Shown one piece after another: positions 1 through 11,700 of a stretch of DNA of 64,000 nt; position 1 is the first letter of the stretch, and every line of letters begins with the position of its first letter. The notes beneath the pieces are model-generated. The model made no database searches. It was not told the origin of the DNA and worked only from the letters and a program-made list of their open reading frames with translations. Source of the stretch: Heterodontus francisci. Its lineage: Eukaryota. Made by a program: the position numbers and the translations under genes. Location of the stretch: NCBI RefSeq assembly GCF_036365525.1, contig NC_090399.1, forward strand, positions 61,412,430 through 61,476,429, in the 5' to 3' direction.

Positions 1-2860
1 AAAGCACAGAGCCCCTATAAATAAACACCAACACAAAACAGAGCCCCTGGAAATAAACCCCAACACAACACAGAGCCCCTATAAATAAACCCCAGCACAA
101 CACAGAGCCCCTGTAAATAAACCCCAACATAACACAGAGCCCCTGGAAATTAACACCAATACAACACAGAGCCCCTGTAAATAAACACCAACACAACACA
201 GAGCCCCTGTAAATAAACACCAACATAACAAAGAGCCCCTGGAAATAAACCCCAACACAACACAGAGCCCCTATAAATAAACACCAGCACAACACAGAGC
301 CCCTATAAATAAACACCAACACAACACAGAGCCCCTATAAATAAACCCCAGCACAACACAGAGCCCCTATAAATAAACCCCAACATAACACAGAGCCCCT
401 GGAAATTAACACCAATACAACACAGAGCCCCTGTAAATAAACACCAACACAACACAGAGCTCCTGTAAATAAACACAACACAACACAGAGCCCCTGTAAA
501 TAAACACCAACACAACACAGAGCCCCTGCAAATAAACACAACACAACACAGAGCCCCTGTAAATAAACACAACACAACACAGAGCCCCTGTAAATAAACC
601 CCAATAAAGCACAGAGCCCCTATAAATAAACCCCAGCACAACACAGAGCCACTGTAAATAAACCCCAACATAACACAGAGCCCCTGGAAATTAACACCAA
701 TACAACACAGAGCCCCTGTAAATAAACACCAACACAACACAGAGCCCCTGTAAATAAACACCAACACAACACAGAGCCCCTGTAAATAAACCCCAGCACA
801 ACACAGAGCCCCTATAAATAAACACCAACACAACACAGAGCCCCTGTAAATAAACCCTAGCACAACACAGAGCCCCTGTAAATAAACCCCAATAAAACAC
901 AGAGCCCCTATAAATAAACCCCAACACAACACAGAGCCCCTATAAATAAACCCCAGCACAACACAGAGCCCCTGTAAATAAACACAACACAACACAGAGC
1001 CCCTGTAAATAAACACCAACACAAAACAGAGCCCCTGGAAATAAACACCAACACAAAACAGAGCCCCTGGAAATAAACCCCAACACAACACAGAGCCCCT
1101 ATAAATAAACCCCAGCACAGCACAGAGCCCCTGTAAATAAACACAACACAACACAGAACCCCTGTAAATAAACACAACACAACACAGAGCCCCTGTAAAT
1201 AAACACAACACAACACAGAGCCCCTGTAAATAAACACAACACAACACAGAGCCCCTGTAAATAAACACCAACACAACACAGAGCCCCTGTAAATAAACCC
1301 CAGCACAACACAGAGCCCCTGTAAATAAACCCCAACACAACACAGAGCCTCTATAAATAAATCCCAACACAACACAGAGCCCCTGTAAATAAACACCAAC
1401 ATAACAAAGAGCCCCTGGAAATAAACCCCAACACAACACAGAGCCCCTATAAATAAACACCAGCACAACACAGAGCCCCTATAAATAAACACCAACACAA
1501 CACAGAGCCCCTATAAATAAACCCCAGCACAACACAGAGCCCCTATAAATAAACCCCAACATAACACAGAGCCCCTGGAAATTAACACCAATACAACACA
1601 GAGCCCCTGTAAATAAACACCAACACAACACAGAGCTCCTGTAAATAAAGACAACACAACACAGAGCCCCTGTAAATAAACACCAACACAACACAGAGCC
1701 CCTGTAAATAAACTCCAGCACAACATAGAGCCCCTATAAATAAACACCAACACAACACAGAGCCCCTGTAAATAAACCCCAGCACAACACAGAGCCCCTG
1801 TAAATAAACCCCAATAAAACACAGAGCCCCTATAAATAAACCCCAACACAACGCAGAGCCCCTATAAATAAACCCCAGCACAACACAGAGCCCCTGTAAA
1901 TAAACACAACACAACACAGAGCCCCTGTAAATAAACACCAACACAAAACAGAGCCCCTGGAAATAAACACCAACACAAAACAGAGCCCCTGGAAATAAAC
2001 CCCAACACAAAACAGAGCCCCTATAAATAAACCCCAGCACAACACAGAGCCCCTGTAAATAAACACAACAAAACACAGAACCCCTGTAAATAAACACAAC
2101 ACAACACAGAGCCCCTGTAAATAAACACAACACAACACAGAGCCCCTGTAAATAAACACCAACACAACACAGAGCCCCTGTAAATAAACCCCAGCACAAC
2201 ACAGAGCCCCTGTAAATAAACCCCAACACAACACAGAGCCTCTGTAAATAAATCCCAACACAACACAGAGCCCCTGTAAATAAACACCAACATAACAAAG
2301 AGCCCCAGGAAATAAACACCAACACAACACAGAGCCCCTGGAAATAAACCCCAACACAACACAGAGCCCCTATAAATAAACCCCAGCACAACACAGAGCC
2401 CCTATAAATAAACACCAACACAACACAGAGCCCCTGGAAATAAACACCAACACAACACAGAGCCCCTATAAATAAACACCAACACAACACAGAGCCCCTG
2501 GAAATGAACACCAACACAACACAGAGCCCCTATAAATAAACCCCAACACAACACAGAGCCCCTGTAAATAAACACCAACACAACACATGGTCCCTGTAAC
2601 TAAACCTCAACACAACAGAGCATCCTGTAAATAAAACCCAACATAACTCAGAGCCTCTGTAAATAAACCAGTACACAACACAGAGCCCCTGTAAATAAAC
2701 ACCAACACAACACATGGTCCCTGTAACTAAACCTCAACACAACAGAGCATCCTGTAAATAAAACCCAACATAACTCAGAGCCTCTGTAAATAAACCAGTA
2801 CACATCACAGAGGGCCTGTAAATAAACCCCAACACAACACAACACAATACAGAGCCCCTG
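1..2860. repeat. Minisatellite, 30-32 bp unit (acacagagcccctgtaaataaacaccaacaca), runs off the left edge; intronic to the minus-strand leader-exon gene
   Basis: About 90 directly visible tandem copies; a diverged ~127 bp higher-order pair near 2586/2713; explains all minus-strand ORFs at 303-2949. Confidence 0.97.
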
Positions 2861-2869
2861 TTATCCAAA

Positions 2870-3330
2870 GGGGTGGATTTATGCTCCAGCTGAACAGAGC
2901 TTTGGTTAGAGCACATCTGGAGAGCTGTGTTTAGTTCTGAACACTGCACCTCTGGAACGATCTATTGGGCTTGGAGTGGGTACAGGGCAGATTGATTGGG
3001 TTCAGGACAAATTGCTTAGATTTGGCTCATATTCTCTCGAGTTTAGAAGATTAAAGGGTGAATTATTGAAGTGATTAAAATGTTACAAGAATTTGATAGA
3101 ATAGATACAGCAAAACTACTTCCTGATTGGGGGAATGACGAATATGGGGATATAGTCTTCACATTGGAGCTACGCCGTTCAGGGGTGATGTCAAGAAAGA
3201 CTTCTTCACACAAAGGCCAGTGGAAATTTGGAAATTGCTCGATCAAAAGGCTCTGGATGCTGGGGATCAATTGGAGTTTTCAAAATGAGAGATATTTGTT
3301 CACTAAGGGTATCAAGGGATAATGGAACAA
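2870..3330 (+). mobile_element. CR1/HER1-type LINE, decayed 3' fragment
   Basis: Decayed LVRxHLExCVxF C-terminal ORF2 motif followed by typical CR1 3' sequence (ttcttcacacaaagg...tggaa). Confidence 0.75.
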
Positions 3331-3339
3331 AGCTGGGAA

Positions 3340-3990
3340 ACAACAAGAACTTGTATTTATATAGTGCCTGTGACATTACACAATATCCCAAAGTGCTTCA
3401 CAGGGGCATTACAAAACAAAATATGACAGAGGGCCACATAAGGAGATATTAGAACAGCGGATCAAAAGCTTGGTTAAAGAGGTAGGTTTTCAGGTGTGTC
3501 TTAAAGGAGGAAAGTGAGTTAGAGAGGTGGAGAGGTGTAGGGAGGGAATTCCAGAGCCTGAGGCCTTGTCAATCAAAGGTAAGGGTACCAATGGTGGAAC
3601 GTTTAAAATCAGGGATGTTCCAGAGGCCAGAATTAGAGCAGTACAGATATCTCAGAGGGTTGTGGAACCGGAGGGTGTTACAGAGGTTGGAAGGGACGAG
3701 GCCATGGAGGGATTTGAAAATATGGATGAGAATTTTCAAATTGATATTTGTTTAACTGGGTGCGAGTGTAGGTCAGTGAGCACAGGGGTGATGGGTGAAT
3801 GGGATTTGGTGCAAGTTAGGAAATGGGCAGCAAGGTTTTGGATGACCGCAAGGTTACAGAGGGTAGAATGTGAGAGGCAAGTCAGGAGTGTGTTAGAATA
3901 GTGACGTCTGAAAGTAACAAAGACATGGATGAGGTTTCAGCAGCAGAAGAGCTGAGAGAGGGTGATATTACAGAGGTGGAAATGGTAAAT
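3340..3990 (-). mobile_element. L2-type LINE 3' fragment
   Basis: Starts with reverse-complemented L2 tail aacaagaacttgtatttatatagtgcc...cccaaagtgcttcacagg, then L2 ORF2 C-terminal sequence. Confidence 0.7.
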
Positions 3991-4110
3991 GAAGTTGAGG
4001 TACAAATCAATTATGATCAAATACAAATGCTGTTGCTATCGTTCTCTCTCTCTATCTCCATTCTGCAGTCCCATGTCCCTCACTCCCCCTAAAGTCTCTC
4101 TCCATTCTCC

Positions 4111-4290
4111 AGTCCCAGTGCCCAGTCTAGCACTGAAACCCTCTCAGAGCCCATTACCCACTGACTAAGGGTTAATGCCCCAGTACCCAGCCTGGCACTG
4201 AGTCCTCTCAGAGCCCATTACCCACTGACCAAGGGTTAATGCCCCAGTACCCAGCCTGGCACTGAGACCCTCTCAGTCCCCATTACTCAC
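4111..4290. repeat. 64-65 bp tandem repeat (about 2.7 copies) at the start of intron 1
   Basis: ctctcag starts at 4141, 4205 and 4270; unit cccagtacccagcctggcactgag...cccattacccactgac. Confidence 0.85.
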
Positions 4291-4339
4291 CTGCAGAGAC
4301 TCCTCCACACAGGAGGACCAGTTCTATCACTCCAATCAT
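4291..4339 (-). CDS. First coding (signal peptide) exon, probably of an MHC class I heavy chain-like gene; downstream exons lie outside the window
   Basis: GCAACA-ATG context (A at -3), 16 codons +1 nt encoding MIGVIELVLLCGGVSA-G, consensus donor CAG|GTGAGT (plus-strand actcac 4285-4290), phase-1 intron typical of MHC/IgSF leaders, V-S-A signal peptidase site; resembles shark class I leaders as I recall them (MIxLxxLxLLCGGVSA). Confidence 0.68.
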
Positions 4340-4404
4340 TGTTGCTTCCCTCAACAGTCTGGGATGAACAGTTTGTGGGGCATCCTTTTCCCAAATACTG
4401 TCTC

Positions 4405-4588
4405 GGGCTCTGTGAGCTGTGTCCAGTTCAGACTGTGTGATTCCTCTGCCCCGTGTTCTGGGTCTGTGAGCTGTGTCCAGTTCAGACTGTGTGATTCCTC
4501 TGCCCCGTGTTCTGGGTCTGTGAGCTGTGTCCAGTTCAGACTGTGTGATTCCTCTGCCCCGTGTTCTGGGTCTGTGAGCTGTGCCCAG
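4405..4588. repeat. 54 bp tandem repeat (about 3.4 copies) in the 5'UTR/proximal promoter of the leader-exon gene
   Basis: Near-identical copies of gggtctgtgagctgtgtccagttcagactgtgtgattcctctgccccgtgttct; 18-aa period in ORF 4283..4600. Confidence 0.92.
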
Positions 4589-4640
4589 TGCTGATTGCAT
4601 TAAATCAGAAGATGTTGTTGGTTATTCAGACTGCTGCATA

Positions 4641-4744
4641 CTGATTGGTTCGTTGGCATATTTGTGTCCAATCAGAATAAAACTACAGTAGTCTCTGGGC
4701 GAAAAAGATTTAGAAACCAGGAGCTGTGAATTGAAAAAGGGAAA
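4641..4744 (-). promoter_or_regulatory. Candidate MHC-type promoter: tandem IRF half-sites, X-box-like motif, Y box and a second CCAAT box
   Basis: Minus strand reads CCCAGAGACTACTG-N10-CTGATTGG (Y box 4668-4675) then AACCAATCAG (4641-4650); plus strand 4729-4744 is AATTGAAA-AAGGGAAA, two AANNGAAA IRF cores; all 300-400 bp upstream of the ATG. Confidence 0.5.
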
Positions 4745-5784
4745 GGTTTGCAGAGTGAGTCTACCTCCAAGGAAGACCAGTGACGCTCCAATGTCAATAA
4801 GCAGGATGGCAAATCAGTGTGGAGGGGATATTGGAAACTGTAAGATAAACAATGGGTTAAGGGAGAAGGTAGCTGTAAAAGTAACCTAAAGGATACACAG
4901 GCAACATTAAAGGCTGCACCACAGACCAAGTCAACCCCAGATACAGGAAACCACAAATAGTGTCAACAGGAACTCGTGTTTGCTCAGGTTTAAAGTAGAC
5001 ATGTAGAAGTGTGGTGGAACGGCGAATGGTCCAGGAGGGGCTGGAAGATGCAACTGATTGAGATGTTCCTGCTGACAAGGGCAATACTGACTATCTTAGG
5101 GATGGACCCTGCTTAACTATTAGCACAGGCGGGTGGAGTAAGACAAGGAGCCCTGAAACATTCTAGAGCATCTTTAACATTTATATCTTGGGAGTAGGGG
5201 TGACAGGAGGAGAAGGGAAGTGAGCACCAGCCATGAAAGACCCCAGATTTAAATCCTTATTCCTTGTTTGATTATCTCTCATTCTAAAGGAGAAGGTGGG
5301 AGTGTCGGTCTACACAGGATTGGACTGGGAACAAGCTATATAAGAGGTGACACCAGGTTGGGATCATCCAGCAGGTGAGTGAGTTTGAGCAGCGGAGACT
5401 CAGAAAAGGCAGGTCTCAGCTGTGGACGAGCCTTGTCCCACTAGGGACAGAGACTGGGACTGAGCCAGTCCACAAGCGAGCCACAGTCCGAACTACTCGA
5501 ACTGTGATAAACCAGGTCAAGTGGCCAGGAATTGGAGATCTGGGAGAGAAAGGGGGTCCACACTTTGGACGAGCTCCCTAGGGAGGAGATGGAGGAGAAA
5601 GTGATCACATTCACTGCTTTGGAAAACAGATTGAGCGATTAGAAACTCTGCTGAACATGGAGAAGATTACTGAGAGAGTGGCTGCAGCAAGCTGAGGGCC
5701 TCCCATTATCCTGCAGTCAAGATCAACAGAAGGAGGCATGGCCAACAGAGAATCCCAATAGAGAAGGAGAGGCCTCCTCATAGT

Positions 5785-8700
5785 CAGGAGTGAGGGTCCA
5801 ATGTGATGGGTTAGGGAGGAGGGAGTGGTCTCCCCACAGTTGAGAGTGAGGGTCCAATGTGATGGGTTAGGGAGGAGGGACTGGTCTTCCCACAGTTGAG
5901 AGTGAGGGTCCGATGTGATGGGTTAGGGAGGAGGGAGTGGTCTCCCCACAGTTGGAGTGAGGGTCCGATGTGATGGGTTAGGGAGGAGGGAGTGGTCTCC
6001 CCACAGTTGGAGTGAAGGTCCAATGTGATAGGTTGGGGAGGAGGGAGTGGGCTCTTCACAGTTGAGAGTGAGGGTCCAATATGATGGGTTAGGGAGGAGG
6101 GAGTGGGCTCCCCACAGTTGGAGTGAGTGTCCGATGTGATGGGTTAGGGAGGAGGGAGTGGTCTCCCCACAGTTGGAGTGAGGGTCCGATGTGATAGGTT
6201 GGGGAGGAGGGAGTGGGCTCTTCACAGTTGAGAGTGAGGGTCCAATATGATGGGTTAGGGAGGAGGGAGTGGGCTCCCCACAGTTGGAGTGAGTGTCCGA
6301 TGTGATGGGTTAGGGAGGAGGGAGTGGGCTCCCCACAGTTGAGAGTGAGGGTCCAATGTGATGGGTTAGGGAGGAGGGACTGGTCTTCCCACAGTTGAGA
6401 GTGAGGGTCCGATGTGATGGATTAGGGAGGAGGGAGTGGGCTCCCCACAGTTGAGAGTGAGGGTCCGATGTGATGGGTTAGGGAGGAGGGAGTGGTCTCC
6501 CCACAGTTGGAGTGAGGGTCCGATGTGATAGGTTGGGGAGGAGGGAGTGGGCTCTTCACAGTTGAGAGTAAGGGTCCAATATGATGGGTTAGGGAGGAGG
6601 GAGTGGGCTCCCCACAGTTGGAGTGAGTGTCCGATGTGATGGGTTAGGGAGGAGGGAGTGGTCTCCCCACAGTTGGAGTGAGGGTCCGATGTGATAGGTT
6701 GGGGAGGAGGGAGTGGGCTCTTCACAGTTGAGAGTGAGGGTCCAATATGATGGGTTAGGGAGGAGGCAGTGGGCTCCCCACAGTTGGAGTGAGTGTCCGA
6801 TGTGATGGGGTAGGGAGGAGGGAGTGGTCTCCCCACTGTTGAGAGTGAGGGTCCGATGTGATGGGTTAGGGAGGAGGGAGTGGTCTCCCCACAGTTGGAG
6901 TGAGTGTCCGATGTGATGGGTTAGGGAGGAGGGAGTGGGCTCCCTACAGTTGGAGTGAGGGTCCGATGTGATAGGTTAGGGAGGAGGGAGTGGGCTCCCT
7001 ACAGCTGGAGTGAGGGTCCGATGTGATAGGTTAGGGAGGAGGGAGTGGGCTCTTCACAGTTGAGAGTGAGGGTCCAATATGATGGTTTAGGGAGGAGGGA
7101 GTGGGCTCCCTACAGTTGGAGTGAGGGTCCGATGTGATGGGTTAGGGAGGAGGGAGTGGTCTCCCCACAGTTGGAGTGAGTGTCCGATGTGATGGGTTAG
7201 GGAGGAGGGAGTGGTCTCCCCACAGTTGAGAGTGAGTGTCCGATGTGATGGGTTAGGGAGGAGGGAGTGGGCTCCCCACAGTTGGAGTGAGTGTCCGATG
7301 TGATGGGTTAGGGAGGAGGGAGTGGGCTCCCTACAGTTGGAGTGAGGGTCCGATGTGATAGGTTAGGGAGGAGGGTGTGGGCTCCCGACAGCTGGAGTGA
7401 GGGTCCGATGTGATAGGTTAGGGAGGAGGGAGTGGGCTCTTCACAGTTGAGAGTGAGGGTCCAATATGATGGTTTAGGGAGGAGGGAGTGGGCTCCCTAC
7501 AGTTGGAGTGAGGGTCCGATGTGATGGGTTAGGGAGGAGGGAGTGGTCTCCCCACAGTTGGAGTGAGTGTCCGATGTGATGGGTTAGGGAGGAGGGAGTG
7601 GTCTCCCCACAGTTGAGAGTGAGTGTCCGATGTGATGGGTTAGGGAGGAGGGAGTGGGCTCACCACAGTTGGAGTGAGTGTCCGATGTGATGGGTTAGGG
7701 AGGAGGGAGTGGGCTCCCTACAGTTGGAGTGAGGGTCCGATGTGATGGGTTAGGGAGGAGGGAGTGGGCTCCCTACTGTTGGAGTGAGGGTCCAATGTGA
7801 TAGGTTAGGGAGGAGGGAGTGGGCTCCATACGGTTGGAGTGAGGGTCCAATGTGATAGGTTAGGGAGGAGGGAGTGGGCTCCCTACAGTTGGAGTGAGGG
7901 TCCGATGTGATAGGTTAGGGAGGAGGGAGTGGGCTCCCTACGGTTGGAGTGAGGGTCCAATGTGATGGGTTAGGGAGGAGGGAGTGGTCTCCCCACAGTT
8001 GAGAGTGAGGGTCCGATGTGATGGGTTAGGGAGGAGGGAGTGGTCTCCCCACAGTTGAGAGTGAGGGTCCGATGTGATGGGTTAGGGAGGAGGGAGTGGT
8101 CTCCCCACAGTTGGAGTGAGGGTCCGATGTGATAGGTTAGGGAGGAGGGAGTGGTCTCCCCACAGTTGAGAGTGAGTGTCCGATGTGATCGGTTAGGGAG
8201 GAGGGAGTGGTCTCCCCACAGTTGAGAGTGAGGGTCCGATGTGATAGGTTGGGGAGGAGGGAGTGGGCTCTTCACAGTTGAGAGTAAGGGTCCGATGTGA
8301 TGGGTTAGGGAGGAGGGAGTGGTCTCCCCACAGTTGGAGTGAGGGTCCGATGTGATAGGTTGGGGAGGAGGGAGTGGGCTCTTCACAGTTGAGAGTAAGG
8401 GTCCAATATGATGGGTTAGGGAGGAGGGAGTGGGCTCCCCACAGTTGGAGTGAGTGTCCGATGTGATGGGTTAGGGAGGAGGGAGTGGTCTCCCCACAGT
8501 TGGAGTGAGGGTCCGATGTGATAGGTTGGGGAGGAGAGAGTGGGCTCTTCACAGTTGAGAGTAAGGGTCCAATATGATGGGTTAGGGAGGAGGCAGTGGG
8601 CTCCCCACAGTTGGAGTGAGTGTCCGATGTGATGGGGTAGGGAGGAGGGAGTGGTCTCCCCACTGTTGAGAGTGAGGGTCCGATGTGATGGGTTAGGGAG

Positions 8701-11700
8701 GAGGGAGTGGTCTCCCCACAGTTGGAGTGAGTGTCCGATGTGATGGGTTAGGGAGGAGGGAGTGGGCTCCCTACAGTTGGAGTGAGGGTCCGATGTGATA
8801 GGTTAGGGAGGAGGGAATGGGCTCCCTACAGCTGGAGTGAGGGTCCGATGTGATAGGTTAGGGAGGAGGGAGTGGGCTCTTCACAGTTGAGAGTGAGGGT
8901 CCAATATGATGGTTTAGGGAGGAGGGAGTGGGCTCCCTACAGTTGGAGTGAGGGTCCGATGTGATGGGTTAGGGAGGAGGGAGTGGTCTCCCCACAGTTG
9001 GAGTGAGTGTCCGATGTGATGGGTTAGGGAGGAGGGAGTGGTCTCCCCACAGTTGAGAGTGAGTGTCCGATGTGATGGGTTAGGGAGGAGGGAGTGGGCT
9101 CCCCACAGTTGGAGTGAGTGTCCGATGTGATGGGTTAGGGAGGAGGGAGTGGGCTCCCTACAGTTGGAGTGAGGGTCCGATGTGATAGGTTAGGGAGGAG
9201 GGAGTGGGCTCCCCACAGTTGGAGTGAGGGTTCGATGTGATAGGTTAGGGAGGAGGGAGTGGGCTCCCTGCAGTTGGAGTGAGGGTCCAATGTGATGGGT
9301 TAGGGAGGAGGGAGTGGGCTCCCTACTGTTGGAGTGAGGGTCCAATGTGATAGGTTAGGGAGGAGGGAGTGGGCTCCCTACGGTTGGAGTGAGGGTCCAA
9401 TGTGATAGGTTAGGGAGGAGGGAGTGGGCTCCCTACAGTTGGAGTGAGTGTCCGATGTGATAGGTTAGGGAGGAGGGAGTGGGCTCCCTACGGTTGGAGT
9501 GAGGGTCCAATGTGATGGGTTAGGGAGGAGGGAGTGGTCTCCCCACAGTTGAGAGTGAGGGTCCGATGTGATGGGTTAGGGAGGAGGGAGTGGTCTCCCC
9601 ACAGTTGAGAGTGAGGGTTCGATGTGATGGGTTAGGGAGGAGGGTGTGGTCTCCCCACAGTTGGAGTGAGGGTCCGATGTGATAGGTTAGGGAGGAGGGA
9701 GTGGTCTCCCCACAGTTGAGAGTGAGTGTCCGATGTGATCGGTTAGGGAGGAGGGAGTGGGCTCCCTACAGTTGGAGTGAGGGTCCGATGTGATGGGTTA
9801 GGGAGGAGGGAATGGTCTCCCCACAGTTGGAGTGAGTGTCCGATGTGATGGGTTAGGGAGGAGGGAGTGGTCTCCCCACAGTTGAGAGTGAGTGTCCGAT
9901 GTGATGGGTTAGGGAGGAGGGAGTGGGCTCCCTACAGTTGGAGTGAGGGTCCGATGTGATAGGTTAGGGAGGAGGGTGTGGGCTCCCTACAGCTGGAGTG
10001 AGGGTCCGATGTGATAGGTTAGGGAGGAGGGAGTGGTCTCCCCACAGTTGGAGTGAGTGTCCGATGTGATGGGTTAGGGAGGAGGGAGTGTGCTCCCTAC
10101 AGTTGGAGTGAGGGTCCGATGTGATAGGTTAGGGAGGAGGGTGTGGGCTCCCTACAGCTGGAGTGAGGGTCCGATGTGATAGGTTAGGGAGGAGGGAGTG
10201 GGCTCTTCACAGTTGAGAGTGAGGGTCCAATATGATGGTTTAGGGAGGAGGGAGTGGGCTCCCTACAGTTGGAGTGAGGGTCCGATGTGATGGGTTAGGG
10301 AGGAGGGAGTGGTCTCCCCACAGTTGGAGTGAGTGTCCGATGTGATGGGTTAGGGAGGAGGGAGTGGGCTCACCACAGTTGGAGTGAGTGTCCGATGTGA
10401 TGGGTTAGGGAGGAGGGAGTGGGCTCCCTACAGTTGGAGTGAGGGTCCGATGTGATAGGTTAGGGAGGAGGGAGTGGGCTCCCCACAGTTGAGAGTGAGG
10501 GTTCGATGTGATAGGTTAGGGAGGAGGGAGTGGGCTCCCTGCGGTTGGAGTGAGGGTCCAATGTGATGGGTTAGGGAGGAGGGAGTGGGCTCCCTACTGT
10601 TGGAGTGAGGGTCCAATGTGATAGGTTAGGGAGGAGGGAGTGGGCTCCATACGGTTGGAGTGAGGGTCCAATGTGATAGGTTAGGGAGGAGGGAGTGGGC
10701 TCCCTACAGTTGGAGTGAGGGTCCGATGTGATAGGTTAGGGAGGAGGGAGTGGGCTCCCTACGGTTGGAGTGAGGGTCCAATGTGATGGGTTAGGGAGGA
10801 GGGAGTGGTCTCCCCACAGTTGAGAGTGAGGGTCCGATGTGATGGGTTAGGGAGGAGGGAGTGGTCTCCCCACAGTTGAGAGTGAGGGTCCGATGTGATG
10901 GGTTAGGGAGGAGGGAGTGGTCTCCCCACAGTTGGAGTGAGGGTCCGATGTGATAGGTTAGGGAGGAGGGAGTGGTCTCCCCACAGTTGAGAGTGAGGGT
11001 CCGATGTGATCGGTTAGGGAGGAGGGAGTGGTCTCCCCATAGTTGGAGTGAGGGTCTGATGTGATGGGTTAGGGAGGAGGGAGTAGTCTCCCCACAGTTG
11101 AGAGTGAGGGTCCAATGTGATAGGTTAGGGAGGAGGGAGTGGTCTCCCCACAGTTGGAGGGGTAGGGAGGAGGGAGTGGTCTCCCCACAGTTGGAGTGAG
11201 GGTCCGATGTGATGGGTTAGGGAGGAGGGAGTGGTCTCCCCACAGTTGGAGTGAGTGTCCGATGTGATGGGTTAGGGAGGAGGGAGTGGTCTCCCCACAG
11301 TTGAGAGTGAGTGTCCGATGTGATGGGTTAGGGAGGAGGGAGTGGGCTCCCCACAGTTGGAGTGAGTGTCCGATGTGATGGGTTAGGGAGGAGGGAGTGG
11401 GCTCCCTACAGTTGGAGTGAGGGTCCGATGTGATAGGTTAGGGAGGAGGGAGTGGGCTCCCCACAGTTGGAGTGAGGGTTCGATGTGATAGGTTAGGGAG
11501 GAGGGAGTGGGCTCTTCACAGTTGGAGTGAGGGTTCGATGTGATAGGTTAGGGAGGAGGGAGTGGGCTCCCTGCAGTTGGAGTGAGGGTCCAATGTGATG
11601 GGTTAGGGAGGAGGGAGTGGGCTCCCTACTGTTGGAGTGAGGGTCCAATGTGATAGGTTAGGGAGGAGGGAGTGGGCTCCCTACGGTTGGAGTGAGGGTC

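Noticed and set aside
303-2949. Hydrophobic Cys-rich ORFs resembling membrane or keratin-associated proteins
   Set aside because: Translation of the 32 bp satellite's GT-rich strand
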